Below the pieces are notes generated by a model that saw only the letters and a program-made list of their open reading frames with translations, had not been told where the DNA came from and ran no database searches. Position numbers and translations under genes: made by a program. A stretch of 64,000 nucleotides of DNA from an uncultured Actinomycetes bacterium. GTDB taxonomy: Bacteria > Actinomycetota > Coriobacteriia > Anaerosomatales > CAWKMJ01. Position 1 is the first letter of the stretch, and every line of letters starts with the position of its first letter. Where the stretch lies: contig CAWKMJ010000002.1 of assembly GCA_963850695.1 (NCBI GenBank), forward strand, positions 78,810 through 142,809. Reading direction: 5' to 3'. Shown here piece by piece: positions 20,745 to 38,293 of this stretch.

Positions 20745-21677
20745 GTGGCCGAGGCCGTCTGGACCGTCCGGGCGGCACTGGACTGGACCGCCGAGTACCT
20801 CGACGGGCAAGGGTGATCGAGCAGCCGCGCGTCTCGGCCGAGTGGCTTCTCTCGGCAGCGACCGGTCTCTCTCGCGTCGAGCTGTACGCGTATCACGAGC
20901 GTCCGCTGCGCGATGAGCGAACGCGCGACGCTCCGAGAGGGCGTGAAGCGTCGCGCCGACGGCATGCCCCTCCAGTACGTGACCGGGGAGATGCCCTTCC
21001 GTCACATCGTCGTGCACGGGTCGAGCCGGGCGTCTTCATCCCGAGGCCTGAGACCGAGGTGCTTGTCGATGCGGGCCTCGACGCGATTGCGGCGCGGGCC
21101 CCGCTCGAGTACGGGCCAGCCTCTGGACGCTGAGCCGCGATGGGAGACGTCCGCGTCGTCGACCTGTGCGTCGGGTCTGGCTGCGTGAGCTGTGCGCTTG
21201 CGACCGAGCTCGCGCGTGCCTCTGTTTGGGCGACCGACCTCAATCCCGTTGCGATACGTGTGGCACAAGGCAACGCCGAGCGACTCGGAGTGGGTGAGGC
21301 GGTCACGATCCTCGAGGGCGATCTCTTCGGCCCGGTTCCCGGCGAGCTGCGCGGGACCATCGACTCTGGTGATCGCCAATCCCCCCTACATCCCCTCGGC
21401 GGACCTCCCTGACGCTGCCCGAAGAGGTGCTCGGCTACGAGCCTCACCTTGCGCTCGACGGCGGCGATGGACGGTCTTGTCCGTAGCGCGCCGGATCATG
21501 ACCGAGGCGCGTGAATGGCTTGCCGCGGGGGGCGTGCTCGCCATGGAACTCGATGAAGGTTGTGTGGATATCGCGCATGGAGAGATGCAGGCGTGGTATG
21601 AACATGTAGAGACAAGGAAGGATCTTGCCGGACGTGACCGCATCGTCGTGGGCGTGCGGGGCAAGATCGAGGGTTAG
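20745..21677 (+). CDS. prmC: Release-factor glutamine N5-methyltransferase, about six frame changes
   Basis: GTG 20745, 2 nt after the prfA stop. [41 protein letters not shown] (SAM motif), [11 protein letters not shown] (NPPY), [11 protein letters not shown]. Confidence 0.88.
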
Positions 21678-21706
21678 GGGCAGGACCCTACGAGGAGGCG
21701 GTTGCC

Positions 21707-22353
21707 ATGAGCAAGGTGTTCCGAATCGACCCGGAGAAGCCCTCCGCGGACGTCATCAATCTCGCCGCCACGGTACTCAGGGACGGCGGGATTGTTGTTT
21801 TTCCGACGGAAACGGTATACGGCATCGGCGCGTCTGCACATTCGTGTTTCGGCCCGCACGAGATCTTCGACATCAAGGTCCGACCACTCGAGAAGCCACT
21901 GCCCTGGCTCGTCGAGGACGACGACGCTCTTCTCGACTCGTACGGTGTCGATGTTCCGGACTACGCCCACAATCTGGCCAAGGCTTTCTGGCCCGGAGCG
22001 CTCACGCTCGTCGTGACCGCCTCGGACAAGGTCGGCAAGGACTTTCGCGCCGATGACGGGACTGTCGCCCTGCGCAGCCCCGACCACGAGGTCGTCATGG
22101 AGCTCATCCAGGCCTCCGGTGGCCCACTGATCGCCACCTCCGCCAACACCGAGCGGCCAGCCCGCCCCCGGCGATTTCATGTCGGTCGAGGAGCGCATCA
22201 TCGCTGCGGCCGATGTCGCACTCGACGGCGGCGAGACGGAGCACCAGCAGGCGTCCACCGTGGTCGATGTGCACGGGTCCCGAGCCGGATCGTCACCGAG
22301 AAGGCGCGATCCCCTCGGCGGCCATCATGGAGGCAGCTGCAGGCGGCGCCTGA
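21707..22353 (+). CDS. tsaC: L-threonylcarbamoyladenylate synthase (Sua5/YwlC/TsaC family), two frame changes
   Basis: ATG 21707 after GAGGAGG. GGIVVFPTETVYGIGA, FDIKVRPLEKPL, WPGALTLVV, PLIATSANT, STVVDV. Confidence 0.85.
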
Positions 22354-22380
22354 TACCCAGCTCCGGCTGACTCACAGGAC

Positions 22381-22389
22381 TGTTACAAT
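22381..22389 (+). promoter_or_regulatory. Candidate extended -10 element TGtTACAAT upstream of rpiB
   Basis: 67 nt upstream of ATG 22456, followed by the hairpin CGGCGGTG...CACCGCCG in the leader. Confidence 0.35.
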
Positions 22390-22455
22390 CGGCGGTGTCG
22401 CTCTTGGGCGGCACCGCCGCAGCGTCTTCGGACATACACGGAAAGGCAGCGCTGG

Positions 22456-22888
22456 ATGCGCGTATATCTCGGCAGCGATCACGCCGGGTTCGAGATGAAG
22501 GAGGCCCTCAAGGGCTACTTCGACGAGCACGGGATCGACGTCACGGACGTCGGCACGCATAGCGATGACTCGGTCGACTATCCTGACTTCGCACGCGCGG
22601 TCGCCCAAGCGGTGGCCGACGGCGAAGCCGACCGAGGCGTCCTCGTGTGCGGCTCCGGCATCGGCATGGCGATGGCGGCCAACAAGGTCGAGGGCGTCAG
22701 GGCCGCCATGGTCACCGACCCCGAGCTGGCTCGGATGATGAGGCTGCACAACGACGCCAACGTCATCACGCTCGGGCGGGCGCTACATCCCCCAGAGCAC
22801 GGCCGAGGAGATCCTGGACGCCTTCTTCGCCACGGATTTCGAGGGCGGCAGGCACCAGAGGCGCGTCGACAAGATCGAGGCGGGCTAG
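22456..22888 (+). CDS. rpiB: Ribose-5-phosphate isomerase B, one frame change near 22780
   Basis: [58 protein letters not shown]. Confidence 0.9.
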
Positions 22889-22937
22889 GACCGCGGGAGC
22901 GGTCAGGACCCGGGCAGGCGAAAGGACGTCACACCGA

Positions 22938-24197
22938 ATGGCACTCAAGTACATCCCCGCGCAGGACCCCGAGGTCGCGGCAGCGATCGATGCCGAACTC
23001 GAGCGTCAGCGCGAGACGATCGAACTGATCGCATCTGAGAACTTCGCCTCGCTCGCGGTCATGGAGGCGACCGGCTCGGTCCTGACCAACAAGTACGCCG
23101 AGGGACTTCCCGGCAAGCGCTACTACGGCGGCTGCGAGAACGTCGACACGTCGAGAGCCTCGCCCGCGAGCGGGTCGAAGGAGCTCTTCGGCGCCGACCA
23201 CGCCAACGTGCAGCCGCACGCCGGCGCGCAGGCCAACATGGCTGCGTACTTCGCCGTGCTGCGAGCCGCGGCGACAGGGTCCTCGGCATGAGCGCTCGCC
23301 GCACGGCGGGCATCTCACCCACGGCTCACCGGTCAACTTCTCGGGCAAGTGGTACGACGTCGTCGTCCTACGGGGTCGACCCGGAGACCGAGATGATCGA
23401 CTACGACGAGGTCGAGCGCATCGCCAAGGAGACGCGCCCCAAGATGATCGTCGCCGGTGCGAGCGCGTATCCGCGCGATCATCGACTTCGAGCGCTTCGC
23501 GGCGATCGCCAAGGCCGTCGACGCCTACCTGATGGTCGACATGGCGCACATCGCGGGTCTCGTCGCTGCGGGAGCGCATCCCTCGCCGGTCCCGCACGCC
23601 GACTTCGTCACCTCGACATCCCACAAGACACTGCGCGGCCCGCGCTCCGGCTTCGTGCTGTGCAAGGAGGAGCATGCCGCCGCACTCGACAAGGCGGTGT
23701 TCCCGGGCCTGCAGGGCGGCCCGCTCGAGCACATCGATCGCCGCCAAGGCCGTCGCCTTCAAAGAGGCCATGCAGCCGGAGTTCAAGACCTACATCGATC
23801 AGATCGTCATCGAACGCGCAGGCGATGGGTGCGGCGCATGACCGAGTGCGGCCTGAGGCTCGTCTCCGGCGGCACCGACAACCACCTGATGCTGGTGGAC
23901 CTCACGGCCGGCAGGCATCACGGGCAAGGACGCCGAGAGCTGCTCGAGACGCGTGGGCATCACGGTGAACAAGAACACGATCCCGGGCGACAAGGAGTCG
24001 CCGTTCGTGACGAGCGGAATCCGTGTGGGCACGGCCGCGATGGCGGCTCGCGGGTTCACCGATGGCGATGCGCACACGGTCGGCTGCCTCATCGCCGATG
24101 CCATCTTCAACCGGGATGACGAGAGCAAGCTCCGACGACATCGAATGCTGACGTGCAGGCGATGCTGGAGGCACACCCGCTCTACCCGGAGCTCTAG
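22938..24197 (+). CDS. glyA: Serine hydroxymethyltransferase, about six frame changes
   Basis: ATG 22938. [68 protein letters not shown] (PLP Lys), [16 protein letters not shown]. Stop 24195..24197. Confidence 0.93.
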
Positions 24198-24235
24198 ACG
24201 CGGACGGCACGAGATCTCACAGCGGGAGGTCGAAC

Positions 24236-24885
<650 letters not shown>

Positions 24886-24916
24886 TACACAGCACTGTTC
24901 GGAGGCGAGAACCCGC

Positions 24917-25416
24917 ATGCCACGACCCTCATGGGACGACTACTTCATGGACATCGCCGAGCAGGTCTCCGGCCGCTCGACGTGTCTGCGTCGTCACATC
25001 GGCGCCGTCCTCGTCAAGGACAAGCGGATCCTCGCCACCGGCTACAACGGTGTGCCGAGCGGTCTTGCCCACTGCGACGAGGTCGGATGCCTCCGCGAGC
25101 AGCGAAACATCGCCTCAGGCAGTCACCACGAGCTGTGCCGCGGTCATCCACGCCGAGCAGAACGCTGTCATCCAGGCCGCGAAGCACGGGATCGCCATCG
25201 ACGGGTCGATGGTGTACTGCACGCACCAGCCATGCGTGCTGTGCGCCAAGATCCTCATCAACGCCGGGGTCAACGGAGATCGTGTTTCGCGATCCCTATC
25301 CTGACCCGCTCTCAGAGGAGATGCTCGCCGAGGCCGGCGTGAGGCCAAGGCAGCACGTGTCGAAACGCGACGGTGACCCGCAGTCGGATGAGACTCGAGC
25401 CGGTGGCCCGACGTGA
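24917..25416 (+). CDS. Deoxycytidylate (dCMP) deaminase, two frame changes
   Basis: ATG 24917 after [68 protein letters not shown] (zinc HAE/PCxxC motifs). Confidence 0.85.
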
Positions 25417-26518
25417 GCATCCTCCACGTCCTGGCGCTCGTGCTCATCGCCATGGTTGTGACCGTCGTCCTCACCCCGATCGTGCGGCGACTGAGCGTCC
25501 GCTGGGGTCTTGTCGACGAGCCCGACGGCCGCAAAGTGCACACCAAGCCGATCTCTCGTCTCGGCGGCGTGGCCATCTTCGTCGGGTTCATGGCGGCCCT
25601 CGCAGCCCAGTGGATCGGTGAGGTCTACTTCGATCTGCCCGGGATGCTCGTCGACACACGCTCCGAACTCATCGGCGTGCTCATCGGCATGGTGCTCATC
25701 TTCCTACTCGGCCTCCTCGACGACATCTACTCGCTCGGGCCCGGAATCAAGTTCATCGGCCAGCTCGTTGCCGCCTCCGTCGTAGTAGCCGCCGGACTCC
25801 GCATCGACTTCATCGGCTCGCCGCTCAGCGGCGGACCTCATGGCGCTGGGCCTGCTGAGCATCCCGATCACGCTGATCTACATCGCTGGGTTCACCAACG
25901 TCATCAACCTCATCGACGGGCTCGACGGGCTTGCGGCCGGGGTCTCGGCCATCGCTGGCGGCACGTTCCTCGTCCTGGCGCTCCAGGGCAATCATCTCGA
26001 GGCAGCCGCGCTCGCAGCGGCACTCATCGGTGCGTGCCTCGGCTTCCTGCGCTACAACTTCAATCCCGCCTCCATCTTCATGGGGGATTCGGGCGCGCTC
26101 TTCCTGGGCTTCGCGCTCGCGACGATCTCGCTCATGGGCGTGATGAAGACGGTGGCGGCGATCGCCCTTGCCGTGCCACTGCTCATCATCGGCGTGCCCG
26201 TCTTCGACACGGCCTCTGCGATCGTCCGTCGCGTGAGGCACAACCGACCGATCCAGGAGGCCGACAAGGGGCACATCCACCATCGGCTTCTGGGTCGCGG
26301 CTTCGACCAGCGGCAGACCGTCCTCATCATCTACGCGTGGTCGGGTGCGCTGGCCATAGGCGCCATGGCCATGCGCTGGTCACCCTCGGTCATCAAGTAC
26401 GCTGGCCTTCGTCTTGCTGGCCGTTCTCACGGGCTTCATGGCCTACTGGCTGGGCTTGTTCGAGGCCGCGCATCACCATGTGGAGGAGCCCGAGGAGCCC
26501 GGCGACGACCTCTCGTGA
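25413..26518 (+). CDS. wecA: Polyprenyl-phosphate N-acetylhexosamine-1-phosphate transferase (WecA/TagO/Rfe type), two frame changes
   Basis: GTG 25413 overlaps the previous stop (GTGA). KVHTKPISRLGGVAIF, GFTNVINLIDGLDGLAAG, NFNPASIFMGDSGALFLGF, HIHHRL. The position upstream of the atp operon matches rfe in mycobacteria. Confidence 0.82.
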
Positions 26519-26559
26519 CGGCCCCGCCGGGGCGCACATCCGCCGTTCGTGCTTCTTTC

Positions 26560-26588
26560 TTGTGCGTGTGCACCGGTTCGTGTACTAT
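26560..26588 (+). promoter_or_regulatory. Candidate atp-operon promoter TTGTGC-17 nt-TACTAT
   Basis: TTGTGC 26560..26565, 17-nt spacer, TACTAT 26583..26588. Lies in the 318-nt gap between wecA and the first atp ORF. Confidence 0.45.
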
Positions 26589-26836
26589 GGCGACGCTTTC
26601 CGAGGTCCCCCGGTCGCAACCCCCTCGGCTTCCGCGTGCTCTCGCGCACGCGGGCTGCTGAGTCTGCGCATTCATGACCGGGCATCGCTCGGCACCGCGC
26701 ACGAAGGGGTAGGGCACTGGGAACTACGATTCTCGACACGCTCGTAGGGCTGCTCTCACAGCCGCTGATCGGCGCCGTTCTCGGCCTTGCGCTGGGCATC
26801 GTCCTCTTCCGGCTCTCTCGCTCGAGCTTCTCCAAG

Positions 26837-27064
26837 ATGACGCCGGAGAACCTCTCTCGCGGCTATCTCGCCGTCGCGCTCGGGCTGTTCGGCCGGCTCG
26901 CGGCGGCCACGTTCGTCCTGTGGCTCTACAAGACCGTTGCACCTGGTGGTTTCGTACCGTTCGCCTTGCTGATGGCGGGCGGTTTTCTTGTCCTGTACAC
27001 CTACGAGGCGATCCGCTACTCCGGCTTGCTGAAGAAGCCGAAGACCGCCAGCGGGCACCGATAG
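26837..27064 (+). CDS. Small hydrophobic protein at the atpI/atpZ position; true N-terminus may lie upstream (open frame from 26678 encodes an extra TM helix but has no start codon)
   Basis: ORF 26837..27064 with two TM segments (YLAVALGLFGRLAAATFVLWL, FVPFALLMAGGFLVLY). Upstream in frame: LVGLLSQPLIGAVLGLALGIVLFRL. Confidence 0.45.
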   Translation: MTPENLSRGYLAVALGLFGRLAAATFVLWLYKTVAPGGFVPFALLMAGGFLVLYTYEAIRYSGLLKKPKTASGHR

Positions 27065-27082
27065 AGGGAGGTAGATAGACGC

Positions 27083-28294
<1,212 letters not shown>

Positions 28295-28325
28295 CCGCGA
28301 AACACGGAGGACGGAGGTACCGCAA

Positions 28326-28910
28326 GTGTTTGGTGTAGAGATGGCATACGCGAGCGAGCAGGTTGCTGAGCCGGGGCTGAGGAAGCCGCTGGTCTTGCCG
28401 GCAGTCTTGGAGCGGTCTACCCCAACCCGGCCGACATCTGGGCCACATGGGTAGCGTTCCTGATCCTGTTCGTCCTGCTCTACAAGTTCGCTCTGCCGGC
28501 GATCACCGGCATGCTCGAGAAGCGCGCCAGCGCGATCTCGGAGTCCCTCGAGAAGGCCGAGGAGACCAAGGTCGAGGCGGAGCGTCTGCTCGAGGACTAC
28601 AAAGTGCAGATGGCCGAGGCGCGTGCCGAGGCTGGCAAGGTCATCGAGCAGGGTCGCAAGGTGGCCGAGTCGATGAAGGACGAGATCATCGGCCAAGGCC
28701 AACGAAGAGGCCGCTCAGATCGTGGCGAAGGCACACGAGGCGATGGAGGCCGAGACGCAAGGCCGCCGCCGCCGAGCTCCAGGCGTCAGGTCGCCGATCT
28801 CTCGGTCGCCGTTGCCGGCAAGCTCATCGACGAGTCAGCTCGATGCGTCCGACCACGCGGCGCTGATCGACAAGCTCGTCGCCGAGGTCGGGGGCCTGAA
28901 TGACAACTAG
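28326..28910 (+). CDS. atpF: F0F1 ATP synthase subunit b, two to three frame changes
   Basis: GTG 28326 after GGAGG. One TM (WVAFLILFVLLYKFALPAI), then a long charged helix MLEKRASAISESLEKAEETKVEAERLLEDYK... ending [15 protein letters not shown]. Confidence 0.8.
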
Positions 28911-29454
28911 CGACGTCGCAAGGGTCTATGCACGGGCCCTCTTCGACCTCGCCACCGTGGCAGACTCGGTGGACGCGTCCGACGAGGGCCTTCGCGCCGT
29001 CGTCGCGGCCGTTCGCGGCCATATCGACCTGCGTCAGGCGCTTGTCGACACGCAGGTCCCCGCCGAGAAGAAGCGAGATGTCTTCGCGACATCTTCGGCG
29101 AGCAGCGTGTCGCCGGAGGTCTTGTCGATCGTCACACTCGCGGTGGACCGAGGTCACACCGAATCCCTCGGTGACGTCTCCCGCATCTTCGGCGAGATCG
29201 CCGAGGAGGAGCGCGGCATCGTCGTGGCAGACGTCACGACCGCTGTCGCGCTCGATGACGCCACTGCGGGCGTCGGTCAACAGACAAGCTCTCTGCCTCT
29301 CTCGGCCGTCCCGTCACTCTCCGCGAGCACGTGGACGCCTCGATCGTGGGCGGCATCGATCATCAATGTCGCCGGACGTGTGCTCGACGGGAGCATCTCC
29401 TCCCAGCTCGACTCGATGCGCATCCGGCTGGCTACCACACCAGCAGGGAGGTGA
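28900..29454 (+). CDS. atpH: F0F1 ATP synthase subunit delta, frame changes including a possibly compensating pair near 29080-29115
   Basis: ATG 28900 overlaps the atpF end. [13 protein letters not shown], position between atpF and atpA, C-terminal [21 protein letters not shown]. Confidence 0.75.
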   Translation: MTTSDVARVYARALFDLATVADSVDASDEGLRAVVAAVRGHIDLRQALVDTQVPAEKKRDVFATSSASSVSPEVLSIVTLAVDRGHTESLGDVSRIFGEIAEEERGIVVADVTTAVALDDATAGVGQQTSSLPLSAVPSLSASTWTPRSWAASIINVAGRVLDGSISSQLDSMRIRLATTPAGR

Positions 29455-29461
29455 GGGCTAA

Positions 29462-31041
<1,580 letters not shown>

Positions 31042-31048
31042 CGGCACG

Positions 31049-33385
<2,337 letters not shown>

Positions 33386-33390
33386 GAGGG

Positions 33391-33819
33391 ATGGCTACGT
33401 GTCATGACCGCACACTCATGTGCGAGATCGTGACGCCTGAGCGCATCGTGTACACGAGCGAGGCGCGGATGGTGGTCGCGCCGACCATCGATGGCGAGAT
33501 CGGCATCTTGCCGCTTCACGCGCCGCTCGTGAGCGCGCTGTCGCCGGGGAGATCCGCGTGCGCTACGGCGACGACGAGGTCGAGTGGTTCGCTGTTTCCG
33601 GCGGCTACATCCAGATCCACGAGGACAAGGTCATCATCCTTGCCGACCATGCCGCCGCCTCCTCGCAGATCGACGTCGACAAGGCCCGCGACGCACTCGA
33701 GCTTGCCGAGAAGCGGCTGGCCGAGCTTGCCGAGGACGATCCGAGGCGCGCGCAACGCCTGCGAGAGCGACCTCAAGTGGTGCGAGATCCAGCTCGAGGT
33801 GGCCAAGCGCGCCAAGTAG
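33391..33819 (+). CDS. atpC: F0F1 ATP synthase subunit epsilon, two frame changes
   Basis: CEIVTPERIVYTSEARMVVAPTIDGEIGILPLHAPLV, FAVSGGYIQIHEDKVIILAD, position after atpD. Confidence 0.85.
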   Translation: MATCHDRTLMCEIVTPERIVYTSEARMVVAPTIDGEIGILPLHAPLVSALSPGRSACATATTRSSGSLFPAATSRSTRTRSSSLPTMPPPPRRSTSTRPATHSSLPRSGWPSLPRTIRGARNACESDLKWCEIQLEVAKRAK

Positions 33820-33842
33820 GGCTACCCCATAGAGCATTGCAG

Positions 33843-33878
33843 CCGAGGCGGCGTCACCCACACGGGACGTCGCCTCGG
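33843..33878 (+). terminator. Strong hairpin after atpC (13-bp stem with one G.U pair, 10-nt loop); weak U-tract
   Basis: CCGAGGCGGCGTC-acccacacgg-GACGTCGCCTCGG, starting 24 nt after the atpC stop. Confidence 0.5.
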
Positions 33879-34022
33879 TACGTACTTCACAGGCAGGTGA
33901 CGCACTGCCAGGGTGCGTTGAACCATCGTATCTACGTGGGATACTGATAGCCGGCCAGCCGCCAGAGGCGAGCATCTGCCCTGCGTGCTGCCGAGGTGGA
34001 TCCAGAGGGAGAGGCTCCAGTC

Positions 34023-35289
34023 GTGTCCGAAGAGAGGCACATACTCGTCCGCGGTGGCGCGCCTCTCTCAGGCGAGGTCCAGGTCGAGGGCGCCAAGAAC
34101 TCCGCGCTCAAGCTCATGGCCGCGGCGCTCATGGCTCCCGGCACGAGCCGGCTCACCAACGTACCTGACATCAGCGATGTCGAGACGATGAGTGAGGTCC
34201 TCGAAGGCCTCGGGGCCAAGGTCAGCCGCGAGGACCATGCTCTCTCGATCGACGCCTCCGAGCTCACCTCATTCGAGGCGCCCTACGAGATGGTCGCCAG
34301 GATGCGCGCATCCATCTCCGTGCTCGGCCCGCTGATCGCGCGCGTGGGCCAGGCGCACGTGGCCATGCCCGGCGGCTGCAACATCGGCTCGCGCAAGATC
34401 GACATGCACATCCGCGGGCTGGAGGGCCTCGGCGTCGAGATCACGATGGGGCACGGCTTCATCCATGCAGCCGCGCCATCCGGGCTCAAGGGCACTCACG
34501 TCGTGCTCGACTTCCCGAGCGTGGGGGCGACCGAGAACCTGCTCATGGCCGCCGTGCTGGCCGAGGGGGTCACCACGATCGAGAACGCTGCACGCGAGCC
34601 GGAGATCCAGGACCTCGCCGAGTTCCTGATCGCGCATGGGTGCACGCATCGACGGCGCTGGCTCGCCGTCGATGACCGTCGAGGGCGTGGACTCGCTTCA
34701 CCCGGCCGAGCACAGGGTCGTCGGCGACCGGATCGAGGCCGGAACCTTCCTGGTCGCCGGAGCGCTCGGCGGCGGGCCGGTCACGGTCACCGGATTCGAC
34801 CCGGACCACCTAGACAGGGTGCTCGCCAAGCTCGAGCAGGCGGGATGCGAGGTCGCGCGCAACGAAGACGGGGCGACGGTGTCGGCGAGTAGCCGACCGA
34901 TGTGCACCGATGTGCAGACACTCCCATACCCGGGATTCCCGACCGACATGCAGGCGCAGTTCATGGCGCTCATGGCGGTCGTCGACGGCAGCTGCGTGAT
35001 CACTGAGAACGTCTTCGAGAACCGATTCATGTTCGCCGATGAGCTCTCGCGGATGGGAGCCGACGTCCGCATCGAAGGACACCACGCGCTGATCAGGGGA
35101 GTCGAGGGGCTGTCGGGCGCGCCGGTGCGCAGCCCGGATCTGCGAGCGGGTGCCGCACTCGTGCTGGCCGGCCTCATCGCCGATGGCGAGACGCGCATCA
35201 CCGATGTGCATCACATCGAGCGCGGCTACGAAGCGTTCGTCGACAAGATGGTCTCGCTCGGCGCGGATATCTCACTTGCGGGACAATAG
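34023..35289 (+). CDS. murA: UDP-N-acetylglucosamine 1-carboxyvinyltransferase, one frame change near 34640
   Basis: GTG 34023 after GGGAGAGG (ORF opens at 33996). VRGGAPLSGEVQVEGAKNSALKLMAA, PGGCNIGSRKIDMH (active-site Cys), YPGFPTDMQAQFMAL, DLRAGAALVLAGL. Confidence 0.93.
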
Positions 35290-35445
35290 GTAGTGCCGTG
35301 CTGGCCGCATCCACGACGTGCGCATCCAGCAGACGACCGAATGCCGTACGTTTCGAGAGCGCACAGTCGCTGCTGATGCGCTGCAGCGACACCAGGTCGC
35401 GCGGCGTCGCGGATGGGGAGAGCGTCGAGAGGGGCCACAGTACCG

Positions 35446-35869
35446 ATGATGGACATTGATGAGATTCAGAAGATCATCCCGCACCGCTATCCCTTCCTGC
35501 TGGTGGACCGCGTTGAAGAGGTCACCGAAGGCGAAGGCGCTGTGGGGTACAAGAACGTCTCGGCGGGCGAGCCGTTCTTCGTGGGACACTTCCCCGACTA
35601 TCCGGTGATGCCTGGAGTCCTCATCGTCGAGGCGATGGCGCAGGTGGGGGCGGTGGCACTGCTTTCGAAAGAGGAGAACCGGGGCAAGATCGCGCTGTTC
35701 GCCGGCATCGACAAGGTCCGCTTCAAGCGCCAGGTCAGGCCGGGGGACGTCCTGCGTCTGGAGGTGACGATCACCAAGTCGTCGCGGACCCATCGGGTTC
35801 GGCGAGGGCACGGCGATGGTCGGCGATGAGCTCGCGTGTTCGGGCGAGCTGATGTTTGCGATACAGTAG
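35446..35869 (+). CDS. fabZ: 3-hydroxyacyl-ACP dehydratase FabZ, one frame change near 35790
   Basis: [59 protein letters not shown]. Confidence 0.92.
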
Positions 35870-35950
35870 TGCGCTGGGGAGCAGGACGGCCCCTGAGCGA
35901 GTCGTCTCAGGGCTCACTGCCGAGTGCGACATCACGTCTTGAGGGGCGAT

Positions 35951-37260
35951 ATGACGTTTGAAGACAAGCTGCGTGACGGCAGCGCCGTTCTCGGCGTGGT
36001 CGGCTGGGCTACGTGGGCCTGCCGCTCGTCGTCGAGATGGCCAAGGCCGGTCATCGCGTGATCGGGTTCGACGTCTCCGAGGAGAAGGTCGACGCTGGTC
36101 AACGCGGGCGAGAGCTACATCCCCGATGTGCCGGACGACGAGCTGGCTCCGCTTGTGGAGCAGGGCCTCGTGAGCGCGACGACCGACTTCGCGCGCGTCG
36201 CGGAGTGCGACGCCGTCGCCATCTGCGTTCCCACGCCGCTGAACGAGATGAAGGAGCCGGACACGAGCTTACATGGAGTCCGCCGCTCACTCCATCGCGC
36301 CGCACCTCACGAGCGACATGCTCGTCACGCTGGAGTCGACGACGTATCCCGGGCACGACCGAAGAGGTCATCCAGCCCATCCTCGAGGCAGGCGGGCTCG
36401 TGGTGGGGGACGACTCTCTTCCTCGCCTTCTCGCCCGAGCGCGTCGATCCGGGCAACCCGGTCTACCAGACGAAGAACACGCCCAAGGTCGTCGGCGGCG
36501 TCACACACGAGTGCACCGAGCGACGCCGTCGCGCTCTACGAGCGCTTCATCGACACCGTGGTCCCGGTCTCTTCCACGCGCGCCGCCGAGATGACCAAGC
36601 TGCTCGAGAACATCTTCCGCTCGGTGAACATCGCGCTCGTCAACGAGCTGCTCATGCTCTCCGAGCGCATGGACATCAACCTGTGGGAGGTCGTCGACGC
36701 GGCCAAGACCAAGCCGTTCGGCTTCATGCCCTTCTATCCCGGGCCCGGGCCTTGGTGGGCACTGCATCCCCATCGATCCGTTCTACCTGTCGTGGAAGGC
36801 GCGCGAGTACGACTTCCACACCGAGTTCATCGAGCTCTCGGGCAAGATCAACGAGAACATGCCCTACTACGTGGTGCAGCGCCTCATGGATGCGCTGAAC
36901 ACACAGAAGCAAGGCGCTTGCCGGCGCTCGTGTCCTGCTGCTGGCGTGGCGTACAAGGCCGACATCGACGACATGCGCGAGTCGCCGGCGATCAGGATCG
37001 CCGAGCTGCTCCAGGACAAGGGCGCCGATCTCGTCTACCACGATCCGTTCGTGCCCGACGCTTCACGGTGCGACGGCACGGACATCCCTCGAGTGGAGCT
37101 CACTGCCGACGAGGTGCTCGTCGGCCGATGCGGTCCTCGCTCGTGACCGACCACACGGATGTCGACTACGACCTCGATCGTCGAGAAGTCGCCAGCTGGT
37201 ACTCGACACGCGCAATGCACTCAAGGCGCTTCGACGATGACAAGGTGGTGCGCTCTGTGA
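35951..37260 (+). CDS. UDP-N-acetyl-D-glucosamine 6-dehydrogenase-type nucleotide-sugar dehydrogenase (WbpA-like), about six frame changes
   Basis: ATG 35951 after [25 protein letters not shown] (Rossmann), [60 protein letters not shown] (catalytic Cys). Stop overlaps the next start (GTGA at 37257..37260). Confidence 0.85.
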
Positions 37261-38289
37261 GCGATACCGGTCCGCGTAGCGCGTCGTCGGCTTCGGATAC
37301 TGGGGCCCGAACCTGGTCCGGAACCTCGACCAAGCTCGCGGATGCCGACCTCGAAGTGGTGTGTGACCTCTCCGCAGGACAATCTGGCCAAGGTCCACGC
37401 AGCTGTACCCGGACGTCGAGACGACGACGATCTCGACGGCGTGCTTGCGCGACGATGACATCGACGCGGTGGTCGTCGCCACGTCGGCGCCGAGCCACTT
37501 CGCGATCGCCGAGCAAGGTCATCGCCGCAGGCAAGCACTGCTTCGTCGAGAAGCCGCTCACGCTCACGTCCGCCGACGCGGAGGCGCTCGTCACTCGGCC
37601 AGACGAGGCGCGGGCGTCGTGCTCATGGTCGGCCACCTCATGGAGTATCACACCGGCATCAACTGGGTGCGCGACTGCATCGCCTCGGGCGAGCTGGGCG
37701 ACGTGCTCTACGTCTACATGCAGCGGCTCAACCTGGGCAAGGTGCGGACCGAGGAGAACGCCTTCTGGTCGCTGGCTCCGCACGACGTCTCGATCGTCCT
37801 CTACCTCCTCGGCGAGACGCCCGACAGCGTCTCGGCCAGCGGGGCGGACTACCTCACAAACGGTGTGCAGGACGTCGTCTTCGCCAACCTCCACTTCCCG
37901 AGCGGGAAGATGGCCAACATCCATGTGTCGTGGCTCGACCCGCACAAGGTGCGCAAGCTCACCGTCGTCGGCAGCAAGAAGATGCTCGTCTTCGACGACA
38001 TGCAGGCCACCGAGAAGATCTGGATCTACGACAAGGGCGTCGGCGCGCCGGAGGGCGCGCTCGGCTACGGCGAGGACCTCTCGCTGCGCTTCGGCGACAT
38101 CCGGGTCCCGTTCGTCAAGATGGAGGAGCCGCTCGCGCTCGAGGTCCAGCACTTCCTCGACTGCTGTCGCAGCGGCGAGACGCCGCGCAGCGATGGCCGC
38201 GACGGCCTCGATGTCGTGCGCGTGCTCGAGGCCGTCGACGAGTCCATGGCTGCCGAGCGGCAGCGCCCGTGGACATCGAGGTGGAGTAG
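37257..38289 (+). CDS. Gfo/Idh/MocA-family NAD-dependent oxidoreductase (WbpB-like 3-dehydrogenase), about five frame changes
   Basis: [43 protein letters not shown] (EKP motif). Long C-terminal alpha/beta domain [27 protein letters not shown]. Confidence 0.8.
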
Positions 38290-38293
38290 GTCT

